A DNA stretch of 64,000 bases, taken from assembly GCA_964016885.1 (NCBI GenBank), contig OZ024747.1, positions 6,014,001-6,078,000 on the forward strand, given 5' to 3'. Position numbers and translations under genes: made by a program. This stretch comes from Eledone cirrhosa. Lineage: Eukaryota. Positions 49,681 to 62,979 of this stretch are shown here, in pieces (position 1 is the first letter of the stretch; the number at the start of each line of letters is the position of its first letter). The notes beneath the pieces are model-generated. The model saw nothing but the letters and a program-made list of their open reading frames with translations. It had not been told where the DNA came from and made no database searches.

Positions 49681-51213
49681 CTCTTGCAAATATATATATA
49701 TTTATATATAAGGAAAAGAATTTGAAAATGCACCTGGAGTCTTTTAAGAATATTTATTTACTTTACCGGTTTCACAGTCCTTATGATTTTCAAAAGTAAA
49801 CCTGAGATGGAGGGTTTGTGATTCTATTGTAATTAAATAGTCAAATTTTAAGAGGAATCTGTCTCAAGTTGCTATTTGCTGTATACAGACCTGGAGAATG
49901 ATGGGCTCCTCTATGATTAACTCTTTAGCATTTAAACCAGCCCTATCCAGCCAGAAATCTCTCTCCTGTTTCTGTTCAAACTGGCTGTAACTGGCCATTT
50001 ATACCTACATTAAGGTATTGTTCTCAAAATAAATAACATCAAAATCTTGTAGATTCAATATTATGTGAGATGATATTATGTAAGATAAAGCCTTTACTGG
50101 GAAAATACAATAGTAAATATAGAGTAATGTAAATGCTAAAGGGTTAAATGCCCAAGACTTGCCATATGTCATGGTAGTACCATTCCAACTCCATCAAGAG
50201 TTATGGACCCGTGTTATTACATAGCATGTGGGTGACAGTTTGGAAATTGGTCCAATATGTTCTTAGGATGTGGTCTAACAAAATCTTGACTAAAAACATC
50301 AAAATGCAGGTGTACAGAACTTGTGTACTAAGCACCCTACCCTAGTGAAACATACTCCACATATTCCACCCAAGAAAGGAGATTAAACAGCTTCTATTTC
50401 TATTGCCTCAGATGTATTTTTACCAATTTTAAACTAGTAAGACCATTAGTCAACAGAGTACTCAATACTAGGGAAAGTAGAGTGTAACTATATTAGAAAG
50501 AGTTGGGGCCCAATAGCTGAGCTTTAGTCACCTTAGCTGTTAAAATGGCTAGAGCTCTGCCATTGGGCCCCAGTTCTCTCTTAAATATATATATATATAA
50601 TGCATTACCGACTGATGCGTTATGTCCTTCAGCAAGACACTTTATTTCACGTTGCTCCTTCTACCTGGAGTTGCGACAGATAGATAGTATTAGCAACTGG
50701 AAAGACCAATGGAAACATTGTTTCCTCGGTCCGATTTGACGAAAGTCGATCGATCCTATATATATAAATATATAAATGTATACATTTATATAAATATATA
50801 TGTAAATATATATACATACATGTTCACAAGAAGCACCTAGCCCATACTAGGTTGTAAATGTGGTTGGCATTAGGAAGGGCACCCAACCGTAGAAACTAAG
50901 GCAGAAACAGTTCTGTATGAGCAAGACATGGTCACCTGACCCAACATGACTCAAATGGGATAACCCGTCTAACTCATACTAGCATGGAAACATGAATGTT
51001 CAATGGTGATGATGATGATATATATATATATATATATATATAAGGGTAGTGTGTGTGTGAGTGCGCGCGCAATAAATAAATAAATAACGTGAGAAAAACG
51101 AATCCGCTACAACGGAATAGTGGTTTGTTGGTTGAGAACTGATAACGGAATAGGAATGTCTGTTGACATGCGCAGCATCAACTGTCGAATCTAACCATAA
51201 TAATAGAGTCAAG

Positions 51214-51470
51214 ATGGCGGAAATTGCGATGTTTGTAGTTCAGACCAAGTCTAAATACAGGTTAACATGTCGTTCGTTGGACTATCTGCTGTGCCTAATA
51301 CTCTGCCATATACTATTACTCGGCTTGGTCGCCTCAAATAGTTCGTCATCGACATGTAGTAGTAAGCGCAGCGACTACAATTGCTATCAAGGCGAGTGTC
51401 GGAACGGTACATGTTACTGTTACATAGGTTGGACTGGCAATTACTGTGACCATTGTTCAGGAAGACAGAA
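51214..51470 (+). CDS. ATRN: Attractin / attractin-like protein, first coding exon
   Basis: AAGATGGCG start context; hydrophobic signal segment then EGF-like C..GEC.NGTCYCYIGWTGNYCDHCSGR; GTAAGT donor, phase 2; no further exon recognised in the window, so ATRN versus ATRNL1 or MEGF8 is not resolved. Confidence 0.75.
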
Positions 51471-52038
51471 GTAAGTGACAACTTACACACACTCATACAT
51501 ACACACACTCATACACACACACACAATCACCGCATTATTTACCTTACCTCATCATATCACATCGCATCACTCTAACTTCGTATTCATCTATTAACGTTCT
51601 CATAAAGCACCTTCCTATTAGTAATAAATATATATAATATATATATTTGATATATATGTATATATCATATATATTTGATATATATGTATATATCATATAT
51701 ATTTGATATATATGTATATATCATCTATATTTGATATATATGTATATATCATATATATTCGATATATATATATTTGATATAGATATATATATAATAAACT
51801 TGATATTTATCTGATATATAAATGCTATATGTATATTTGATATTTATATATTAGATATATATGTATATATTATATATATATTTGATATTATATGCATATA
51901 AATATATATTATATAATGCAGTGTGTTTGTCTATCACTATTTATTGCAGCCTATTAGCTCTCTTTCTCTCTCTATGTATGTATATATATATATCTATATA
52001 TATAGATATATATATATATATGCACACACATACATATA

Positions 52039-52075
<37 letters not shown>

Positions 52076-52551
52076 GTGTCTGTCTGCAAGTATTTCTTCT
52101 CTTATTCTCAATGTATATACGCACACATACAACTATCACACACACAAGTCGTCCCTCTTCTGACTAACACCGTATCTTGTAATAATGGTTCGGTCACCTT
52201 TGGGAAGAATTAATTTTTCCACCTCCTCAATCTCCATCTTCATCCATCTGTCTGTTCTCTCTCTCTCTCTCTCTCTCCCCAAATGACTGCATCAATTAAA
52301 GAACTGAAGTCAAGAATTAGGGATGACATCTGGCATTCTCGCCTTTCCTTTCGTCTTCTACTTATACACATATATACATACATGCATGTGTGTATATATA
52401 TATATATATATACACATATGCATGCATCATGAACTCCATATATCTTGTTTGGTAATCTTGCACTGTAGACAGCTGTGTGGTTTGGTTTTGAGTGAGTGTT
52501 CCATTCCAGGAATTTACCAATATTTTTTCTGATAAACTCTCCATATATATC

Positions 52552-52607
<56 letters not shown>

Positions 52608-52616
52608 TGCATGCAT

Positions 52617-52717
52617 TGTAAGGATTCTTTGCCCTATGGTTAAGCTTTTACCGTGTCGATAGCGACTCATTATCGAAACGGTAGAAGCTTAATCGTAGAG
52701 CAGAGAATCCTATTACA
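52617..52717. repeat. Imperfect palindrome of about 100 bp
   Basis: AGGATTCTTTGCCCTATGGTTAAGCTTTTACCGTGTCGATA..TATCGAAACGGTAGAAGCTTAATCGTAGAGCAGAGAATCCT. Confidence 0.85.
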
Positions 52718-52801
52718 CTCTACTTTCTTTAAGTATAGAGTACTAAGTTGAATAATGGTCTTTATTCGTCTTAACTAGTAACATCTCTCTCTCTCTCTCT
52801 C

Positions 52802-52835
<34 letters not shown>

Positions 52836-53915
52836 CTTGTGTGTGTCTATTGATATATATGTATACGGCCAGTCAATGACAGACCTCGCAGATGCTAAAC
52901 GTCGATATCCCACCCACCGAAACCTCACGTCTGTCTGTCTCCTTATTATTACACACACACACACCACACGCTCTCTCTCTCTCCAAGTTGTGTGACCTAG
53001 AGCAAGCTAGTTGTTGGAATCAACCACACAACACATTACGTAGTTATCAGATACAATGATATAAAGCTCCTTCCCCCACCGTCTCCCTATCCAGTTCCCC
53101 AGGGACACACATCAATCTAAAGATGGAACTTAGCAGCACATGATTCATTAGATGTCGCCTTGGGGAAGGTGAGAGGAATTGAATCTCTCGATGGGACACC
53201 TCTAGGAAACCATCACAGAGGATGACATTTCCAGGAAGAATCGGGTTATATCTTCTTTCGAGATAGACTAACAGGGGCATATAGAAGTGATTGTGTATGT
53301 GTATATTTACTGGTGTGTATGTGTATATTTACTAATGTGTATGTATGTGTATGCTGGGGGCGGGGTGTATTTGTGTGTTTATATATATACTAGCATAGCA
53401 CCCGTTAAAATGGCGATAAAGATTATTTAATTTAATAATTCTTTGATTACAACATGTAAAGATGCTTGATTCCTCAGTTTACCTTGACCTTATCTATCTT
53501 GTCACTCCAGCCATCTCCGTATTTCATTTTACATTTATTAAATCAAGTTCAATCATTTTTTTTCCCCCTCCATATTTTCTAATGTAGTGCATATATGCAC
53601 TCCATTATGATGACTGTTCTGTCTATCCGTCTGCCTACGGGCTGCTATTGGGATTTGTCTTGTTGTTGTCCGAAAAGAGATACATTGATAAATATAGATA
53701 GTTATGGGAACGGCCCATCTCTCCCCAGTCGATGTGGTTCTTTCAATTGACGGAACCCATAACATAAATCAGGTTTAGTGAATTCTAGAACTTATTTCGT
53801 CTTTCAATATAACTTATTTTATTATCCCAACTACTGTGAGTCATGCTACTATCAAATAAGTCTCGGCTAGTTTGTTTCTGTCACTTATATAAGGAAGTAA
53901 ACCAACATATATATA

Positions 53916-54058
53916 ATACATATCACTGAGGGTCGATGAAATATCGTTTCCTAGAGATATATAAAACCCCAAGGAACTTAAACATAAGGAGCCTGTTGCT
54001 TGGGGTTTTATATATCCCTAAGGAACGATATTTTATCGACCCGTCAGTGATATGTATA
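53916..54058. repeat. Inverted repeat, arms about 58 bp
   Basis: ATACATATCACTGAGGGTCGATGAAATATCGTT..AAAACCCCAAG / CTTGGGGTTTT..AACGATATTTTATCGACCCGTCAGTGATATGTAT. Confidence 0.88.
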
Positions 54059-54166
54059 AGATATTCTATATATATATATGTTTACTTCTCTGAATAAAAT
54101 ATTTTAACGATCTCTTTTCATTGAGGTGTTATGCATATTCGTGACGAATTTTAATTGTGTTATGTA

Positions 54167-54207
<41 letters not shown>

Positions 54208-54250
54208 TATAATAAACGACTTTAGTCGTTCCCAATTTATTTTATTATAC

Positions 54251-54286
<36 letters not shown>

Positions 54287-54287
54287 C

Positions 54288-54367
<80 letters not shown>

Positions 54368-55243
54368 TTGTATTGTATTGTTACCGTCTTATTCTGCTTT
54401 TGTTGACATTTCTTATATAAATATGAGTTGTGCTGGTTCTCAAAATTAGGACATTTTCATAAATAGATAACTATAGATAGACAAATAGACAGAGGTAGTT
54501 AGATAAATATGTACACGTTTGGATTTAGACCTTGTGGGGTTCCTAATACACACGCACACACAAAATAGACCCCCCCCCCCTCCCTCCAATTTTACATATC
54601 AAAGTTAGCTTTGTGCAAGTAATTAAGTAATTGGAACTGAAGTCATACATACAGGTATTAAATTCAAAAGTTCTAACCATCCTAAAACTAAAAAATCCAG
54701 CTGAGAGCACAAATAAATAACTATGGCCGTCGCTGGTGGGTCCCCTCTCCACTGTAGGGGGCCTGAGGCAATTGCCCCCTTTACTCCCCATTAAATCCGA
54801 CCCTGAATATATATGTAGGTAGCTAGCTATCTTTCTGTTTATTGACCTCTGTTCATCTCTGTTTAACTACCTACCTATCCATCCCTACAGCTATCTTTCG
54901 ATCTATCGTTTTTAGATTATTGGGATTTGAGCTTTTGTTGTTGTTCATGTCCTATGATAGACACATTGGTAAATATATATAACTATAGATTGTCGGTGAG
55001 GCAGACAAATAGACAAATATGTAGGTACATAGGCAGGTAGAGAGAGAGATATAGACATTGAGAGAGAGAGAGAAACAGGAAGGTTGCAGAATGGGTGTAT
55101 TAATGAGGTAGAGATTCGAACTCTTGCTGGAATCTCTACTTCATTAATAAATCATATATATATATAACGAAGGAAATGTGGTAAGGAACCAAGTGGACCA
55201 TAACGCACCAAAGTACTCAATACTTAGGGTAGTAGAGTGGGTA

Positions 55244-55275
<32 letters not shown>

Positions 55276-55303
55276 ATATATAATATATATATATATATAT
55301 ATA

Positions 55304-57260
55304 ATCATCATCACTGTTTTATGTCAATTTCTCCACGCTAGCATGGTTTAGATGGGTTGTCCTGCTTCTGGGCAATGTTAGGTCAGGTGACTGTCTTACA
55401 TATGCAGAACTGATTTTGGCTTGATTTCTACAGCTGGATGCCCTTCCTAACACCAACCTCATTTACAGTGAGTACTGGGTGCTTTCCGTCGTATCACCAG
55501 CACGACCACTTTACAGTATGGACTCAGTGCTCTCTTTGTGTCATCAACAAGACCACCCCACAGTGTGGGCTGGGTGGTTTCTGTCGTGACAGCCACATGA
55601 ACATTTTACAGTGTGGCCAGGGTACTTTTTGCCATGTCTCTATTACGACCACTTTACAGTGTGGGCTGGGCGCTTCACAGGATATATACTTTGTACTGCC
55701 CTTATGGGAGTTGTATGGGAGGATGGGGTGGTGCACACTGTATATATATGCTTCAGTTTCAGCCTGTGCCCGTGGGGAGTCGGGTCTTCTGTATTATTAT
55801 GTAACACCAGAGACCTTGGTCCTGTGTCATTGCCTTTGAGAGGTGCAATTGGGCAAGGTCAGCTTTTATCACCTCATCTCAGCTTTTCTTGGGTCTCCCC
55901 ACTCTAAGGCTCCCATTGATTTTAAGTACTCTGAACCTGTTTATGCAGCTGTCATCCTTCATACATATCACATGTCCATACCAATGCAGTCTCCTCTCCT
56001 GCACACAGCATTTGTCTCCTCTTGTGCCTAGTTTCTCTCTCAGTTCGTTTATGCTTCGCCGTTCTCGTATATTACTATTACACATCCATTGAAGCATGCA
56101 AGCTTCATTTCTTTCCAATCTATGCAAGTCTTCTTCACCCAACGCCCAGGTCTCACTACCATGCAACATTGCTGTTTTATGCACACGTAAAGTCTGCCTT
56201 TCATTTTGAAGGAAAAGCCTTTTGCAGCTAGCAGTGGCAGTAGCTCCCTGAACTTCTTCCATCCCATTCTTACTCTGGCTTCTGTACTTTCAGAACACCC
56301 ACCTCCACTGCTAAGTTGGTCACCTAGGTAGCAGAAGCTGTCTACTGTTTCTACCAAGCCCTCCCAGAATTTGATAGCGCTTGTTTCCTGTGGTTGTTTG
56401 CTGCTTACTGTCCCGGTGTAGCTGTTACATGTAAAGCCTACATTCTTAGCTAAACTTCCTGAGATCCCATTACATCTCTTGTGTACCCATAGTTTGCATT
56501 TGGAGCAGAGGATGGAATTTCTACCTACACCTTTCCTACACACTGAGCAAGGCCATCTCCCTGAGTGGATCAGGGTTCTGTTTTCTCTTCTACTTATTAG
56601 GACCTTAGTCTTTATCAGGTTGTCTTTAAACCCTTTGTTTTTAGACCCTGTTTCCATGTTTGGAATTTTTTCTCTAGTTACACCATAGATTCCACTATGA
56701 GTGTAAGATCATCCATGTACAAGAGTTCCCTTGGGCTGCCAGTCATAAACTCCACTGTTATAGCCTGTAGTATGATGATAAACAGGAGATGGTTAAGAAC
56801 AGAGCCCTGGTGGATGCCAACCTGTATGCTAAATTCCTCTCTATAGTCATTACTAACCCTAACTTTGCAGACTGCTCTCCTATACATGGTTTGTACAGCC
56901 TTCACAAACGATTCATCTACTCCTAGTTTTCTAAGAGCCCACCAGATTATGGCATGGGGCATTCTGTTGAAAGCTTTTTCCAGATCTACAAACGACACAT
57001 AGAGCAGTCTACTTTTAGCTAGGTACTTTTCCCGCAATTGCCTCGCATGGAAGAGAGCATCAGCGGTGCCTTTGCCTGTCATAAATCCGAACTCTATCTC
57101 GTCTAGATTTACACGGCCCACAATCAGCTGTGTCACAACTCTTTCTGTTACTTTCATGACCTGGTCCATCAGTTTTATACCTCTATAGGTTCCTCTATCC
57201 ACTACATCTCCTTTACCCTTGTAGCAATTGACAATGCTACTACTGCGCCATCTAGTATTA
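55304..57260 (-). mobile_element. RTE-clade LINE, 5'-truncated, with RT, Cys-rich insert and 3' UTR
   Basis: CYKGKGD..YRGIKL, FVDLEKAF, GIHQGSVL..LLF, ELLYMDDL; WPCSVCRKGVGRNSILCSKCKLWVHKRC; RRLHWYGHV; GRPKK; ends in (TGA)n tail near 55304. Confidence 0.92.
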
Positions 57261-57329
57261 CTTGGTTTACAATACGTGGGGTTATGGTGTAACTGCAATA
57301 CATGTGGTTGTATAACAATATCTTTCACG

Positions 57330-57460
57330 CATTTTCAGATAAGAGATCTTGCAAAACAATATAAAAACAAAGCATATGTATATATATATATATATACAGT
57401 GTGTATATATATATATGCTTTGTTTTTGTATTTGTTTTACAAGATCTTATCTGAAAATGG
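57330..57460. repeat. Palindrome centred on a (TA)n tract
   Basis: CATTTTCAGATAAGA(GA)TCTTGCAAAACAA..AAAGCATAT / ATATGCTTTGTTTTTG..AAGATCTTATCTGAAAATG. Confidence 0.85.
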
Positions 57461-58519
57461 AAAGGCCATGCTGCAATTAAGAAAACATACACCTGTTAGT
57501 TTTCACTTCAATTTATTACAAATTTACAGTTGGTTGGTTTAATAACGGATGGTTGTTTATTTGTTTATTGTCAAAACTCTTTCGTCACACATTCTGTGAC
57601 CTCTACAGTGACTAATTTGTTATTTTGTTTCTCTCCTTTGTTCTATCCTTCATCTCTTGTTTATGTGAGCATTCAAAACCCTGTTTTGAATGCCAGATAA
57701 TTCTTAATAACATTAGCTCAAAGTCAGCAATTTTGGTATGAGAAAGTTAATTTCCTAAACTCCATTATTTATCTGGTACTTTATTTTATCGACCCTGGAA
57801 GGATAAAAGGCAAAATTGACCCTCAGTGGGATTTGAACTCGGAACGTAGAAAATTGTAACTAAAAACTGCAGAACATTTTGTAGAAATATGGTAACGAAT
57901 GGGTTAAATATTTGAGATAGATTTCCTTAGAGAAAACTTGCAGGTTTGAGGTGAGTTGCCTCCTATATGTGACAGACTGTACTTTAGCTGAATTACTCCC
58001 TACTATGTTGTAATCAAGAGACTCTAATATCTATAGGGGTACCTCTACATGGTTGTACTACATCCCTAGAAATAGCAGCCAGATATACTTCAAATCAAAC
58101 TGCACACTATCTTCATCTAATATGGTAACTTGACCTGCTAGAAAGCAGACAAATCTCTCTCAAATCAACTACACCAACTTGAATAAACACACACATACAC
58201 ATGCTACTATATTAGATTAATTTCTATGTACAAATCTATACATGCATCTATAAGAATATAATGCGTCATCTGAATAGGATATATATATATAATAGAATAT
58301 ATATATATATTTAATAGAATATATATAAATAGTTCACTAACAATGCATGTACTTCCCTTCTGAAAACATTTTTTCCTGTTTTCTTTATTTTTTTATGCTT
58401 TGCCTTCCCATGTGCTTGGGCTGAAGCCTACATCTAGTATGAACTACTTTCCCCTACCTTGCTCTCCCTTCCTTCCATATATCTCCTATGTCATAACACG
58501 CCACCCTAGATCTATCTCT

Positions 58520-59690
58520 CCAGTCCACAGTGTAAAGTTGTCATGTTGGTGACATGAAAAAAGCACCCAGCCCGCACTGTAAGGTGGTTATGTTGATGAC
58601 ATGATAACAAGCAGCCAATCCACACTGTAAAGTGGCAGTGTTGGTGCTCTGATAAAAAGCACTCGGTCTGCACTGTAAATGTGGTTGGTCTTTAGGAAGG
58701 GCATTCAACCATAGAAACCAAGCCCAAATCAGTCCTGTATGAGCAAGACATGGTTGCCTGATCTGACTTGTCTCACAACAGGACAATGGTAATGATGATG
58801 ATCATCATCATCACCATTTCACATCCATTTTTCCACGTTAGCATGGGTTAGACAAGTTTCCTGTTGTGAGACAAGCCAGATCAGATGACCATGTTTTGCT
58901 CATACAGGACATGATTTTGGCTTGGTTTCTACAGCAGGATGACCTTCCTAATGCCAACCACATTTACAGAGTGGTTGGGTGATTTTTATTGTGACACCTA
59001 CATAACAACTTTACAGAATGGATGGGTCACTTTTGTCGTGTCACCAAAACCACCACCGAGTCTTCTGTATTACTGCATAACACCAGAGATCTCGATCCTG
59101 TGTCATCGTCTTTGAGAGGTGAAATTGTGCAAGGTCTGCTTTTATCACCTCATCCCATGTCTTCTTAGGTCTTCCTACTCCATAGCTTCCATTAACTTTG
59201 AGCACCCTGCACTTTTTTATACAGCTGTCATCCTTCATACACATTACATGTCCAATCCAATGCAATCTTCTCTCCTGCACACTGTATCTGATCCTTCTTA
59301 TGTCCTGTTTCTCTCTCAGTTCACAAACTGTGCAGGTCTCACTACCATGCAACATTGCTGTTCATATACCCGCATTATACAATCTACCCTTCATTTTGAG
59401 GGACAAACCTTTTGTAGCTAGCAGGGGCAGTAACTCCCTGAACTTTTTCATCTCATTCTGGCTACTGTATTTTCAGCACACCCACCTCCACTGCTAATTT
59501 GGTCACCTAGGTAACAGAAACTGTCTACTGCTTCCATGGAACCTTCCAAGAATTTGATAGCCCTTGTTTCCTCTCAGCATTTGTTACTTACCTGTGCAAC
59601 AGCCACATGTAAAACCTATGTTCTTAGCTAACCTACGTGATATCCCACTACATCTCTTGTGCTCCCACAGCTTGCATTTGGGACAGTTAT
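58520..59690 (-). mobile_element. RTE LINE 3' fragment (-, 58801-59690) tail-to-tail with a + strand copy of its 3' UTR (58520-58800)
   Basis: MLHGSET, RRLHWIGHV, GRPKKTWDEV; junction GATGATGATCATCATC at about 58800. Confidence 0.85.
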
Positions 59691-59849
59691 TTGAGGAACT
59701 AAACTATCTTCTCATATTTAGTTACGGCTCTTTGTTCTGGGTTGAAATCCTATTGAGGATTCTTCAAAGATTGATAAAATAACACACCTTTATCCCTCTG
59801 TCTCTCTCTCAATCAGTTTATCTCTGAGGATGTCAGCTGGTCAAAAGAA

Positions 59850-60000
59850 TAATTACTTCTACATTTGGCACAAGGCCAGCAATTACCCAGTGCATTACTG
59901 GTACTTTATTTTATCGACCCCGTAAGGATGAAAGGTAAAGTTAACCTCGGAGGGATTTGAACTCGGATCATAAAGAGCCGTAACTCTATTCTGCAAAGCA
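59850..60000 (-). mobile_element. 5'-truncated SINE family A copy
   Basis: Reverse complement of the family A body; flanked by a long direct repeat. Confidence 0.8.
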
Positions 60001-60184
60001 TATAATACACCTCTATCCCTCTCTCTATCTCTCTCAATCAGTCTCTCTGACGATGTCAGCTGGTCAAAAGAAACCATATTAACATGTGCGAGCTTTATAA
60101 ACTTCAATAATTCCATAGTCACAAACAGGATTAAGTCTGAAGCAGCAGTTTTTGTGAACTGTTTATTAATGGATGTGCTTATTA

Positions 60185-60400
60185 TAGGTGTGAGCTGTAA
60201 CAACAGTATGATAGGACTGGGGCCTCTATCATAAAAACATCCAAGAAACTTTCTATGAGATGCGACCTCATAGGAGGCCAGCTAAAAATTCATAGGTGTG
60301 AGCTGTAACAACATGGTATGACTGGGGCCTCTATCATTAAAACATCCAAGAAACCTCCTATGAGATGCAAGCTCATATGAGAACAGCTAAACCGCCATAG
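60185..60400. repeat. Tandem duplication of about 107 bp
   Basis: ATAGGTGTGAGCTGTAACAACA..GACTGGGGCCTCTATCAT..AAACATCCAAGAAAC occurs twice. Confidence 0.85.
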
Positions 60401-61952
60401 GTAGGAGACTGAAGTGCAAGAAATTTGATAGAATTGCATGAAAAAGACCAGATGTCTATAGACTATAAAATTCCAAAGTGTAACATGCACTTTCAGCAGA
60501 TATAATCAGTAATTGAAATATGTTAGCAGACAATGTACCTGTTGAACCTGCACCAACTGATGTTTACTGGCAGTATTTATATGAGACAATCTGTAAAACA
60601 GCTGTTGCCTTGGCTTCCCCAAACATGCTAAGTATGCCAACTGGTTTCATAAGAATGATGGGAAGATATAACAACTGTTATTTGAGAAATGTAAATATCA
60701 TTAAACTACTCTAAATAGATGAGGAACTACAGCTGTTGAAGAACTGATGGTGGGATCAACCGGAATTCAGACCCTTGATTCCCTTTGAGAGAGGTTTATG
60801 GTCCCTAGAAAGGTGGTAATGCACTGACAGAGTAAGGATATTTCACACCTCCACATTGCAATATGAAGGCTTTTTGTGTTAGTCTGAGAGGTTTACTGTC
60901 CCCAGAGAGGTGGTAAAGCACCAGTAAAGAGTAAGGAGGGTTCACACCTCAACACAGCGGAAAGGGCTATCATGAAGCACTGGCAGGAATATTTTAGGGA
61001 GCTACTAAACTGACTAAACAATTTCTTGTGAGGTTATACAATGTAATCCAACAACTTTGAGAAGATATCAATGTGAATCTACCACCATGTATGGTAACTG
61101 CTACCAATGGGACAAAATTCAGTAAAGTTCCTGATGTTGACAACATTCCTACTGATATCTATAAATATGGTGGAAAGGAATTGTGCTAAATATAGTTGCC
61201 ATTTATAAAGGTGACTGACAGGACTGGGGAAATTATTGAGGAATTTACCTTCTCCCATTTTAGCAGAAATACTTCTCAAATGACTACAAAGAATATCTGA
61301 AAGCCAATATAGATTCTATATAGGAACACCAATGAGATGATTTTCACTTCAAGATAAATTCAGGAAAAGGCTGTCAAACACTGACTCCCACCATTTGTCA
61401 TATTCAAGTTTATAAAGGATTTTGGCTGTGTAGGAATAGAGATCCTGCTTAACCCTCTCATCACCACATTTCTAATTAAATACAATCTATTTTAATTAAT
61501 GAAGAATTTTGAAGGATTTATTAAAGTTATTATTTCATTATTAAGATAGTAACTTAACCCTTTCATGGCCACATTTCAAATGAAATACACTCTATTTTAA
61601 TTCATTAATGAAGAATTTTGAAAGATTTATTGAAATTATTAATCATTTCATTGCTAAGATAGTAATTTAAAGTAAAGTTTTTATATAAAATTATGTTGGA
61701 GGATTTTAATTTAAATTGGAAAACTTTATAATGGGTGGTTTTATTTCATAGAACCAGAGCCAGTTTTGGCTGGCTTGGTAACTAAAGGGTTAAAAGATAT
61801 GGGTGTCCATTACAATTAGTGAAAATAATCAGGTAGTTCTACAGTAATATCTCTTACAATGTCCCCTGGGAATGACATTTTCTTCTTTCCAGTTTCCTAT
61901 AGAGTAAAGCAGGGCCCTATGCTCATTCCTATGTTATTTGCATTATTTCTGA

Positions 61953-62490
61953 GTGGATTGGCAGTATCGGTAGAGGGTTTGACGCCATGCTTTGCAGCAT
62001 AGTTACGGCCCTTTATGGTCTGAGTTCAAATCCTGCCGAGGTTAACTTCGCCTTTCATCCTTATGGGGTCGATAAAATAAAGTACCAGTAATACATTGGG
62101 GGTAATTGCTGGCCTTGTGCCAAAAGTAGACAACAATTATTTCTGAGTGCTGCATTTGAAAACTTAGCAAGTAAATTCACAAAATGTTCATTACTTAATC
62201 AAATACAATGTATTTCATTAGAAATAGGTGTATATATCCATATGTGGTTGACAGCTGAGAGAAAGGAGTACTCAATACCGAAGTAGAGTTTAAACATCCA
62301 TTATTATTTGGCAGTATCGGTAGAGGGTCGAACGCTATGCTTTGCAGCATAGTTACGTCCCTTTACGGACTGAGTTCAAATCCCGCCGAGGTTAACTTTG
62401 CCTTTCATCCTTACGGGGTCGATAAAATAAAGTACCAGTAATATACTGGGTAATTGCTGGCCTTGTGCCAAAAGTAGAAACAATTATTAT
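61953..62490 (+). mobile_element. Two SINE family A copies (61953-62140 with TSD ATTATTTCTGAGTG; 62308-62490)
   Basis: Family A body sequence. Confidence 0.85.
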
Positions 62491-62979
62491 TAAAGCTAAA
62501 AGGTGAGTTTTGCATGTTTAACACAAGGTCATTAGACAAGAACTGACGGCCCTGTAGTAAACAGGTGAAACTCCAGAGTAACAAGACTCACTTTTTAGTC
62601 TTAATAATAATGACTATATATATAATTATGTGTGTATAATGTTGTATGCACACATGGTAGAAAACATGTAAAGTCGTATAGTGTATATGTTTATCATATA
62701 ACCTATGTATATATAGAGATGTATACATAATGTGTATATATTGTTGAGGCGGGATTTTGTGATGGTTTTGAGGGAGGCTGAGACAAGTCTTGTGTAATTT
62801 TGTCTGTCATCTTTTCAGCTGCGCTCTCATCTTTGTCTCCTGGGGAGGGGCTGTTAGGGTGCAGACTGTTGTGTGTGTATCTGAGATGTGGGAGGGAGAC
62901 TTGGTGATACTGAGGGTAGTGGGGATGGCGGCGGTGGTGGTGACAGGGGTGCATGTTTTTCTCGCTTGCTCAGCCCAAC

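Noticed and set aside
60450-61430. Possible attractin exon 2 or other host exon
   Set aside because: No CUB-domain-like reading frame found; the sequence looks like a heavily decayed LINE
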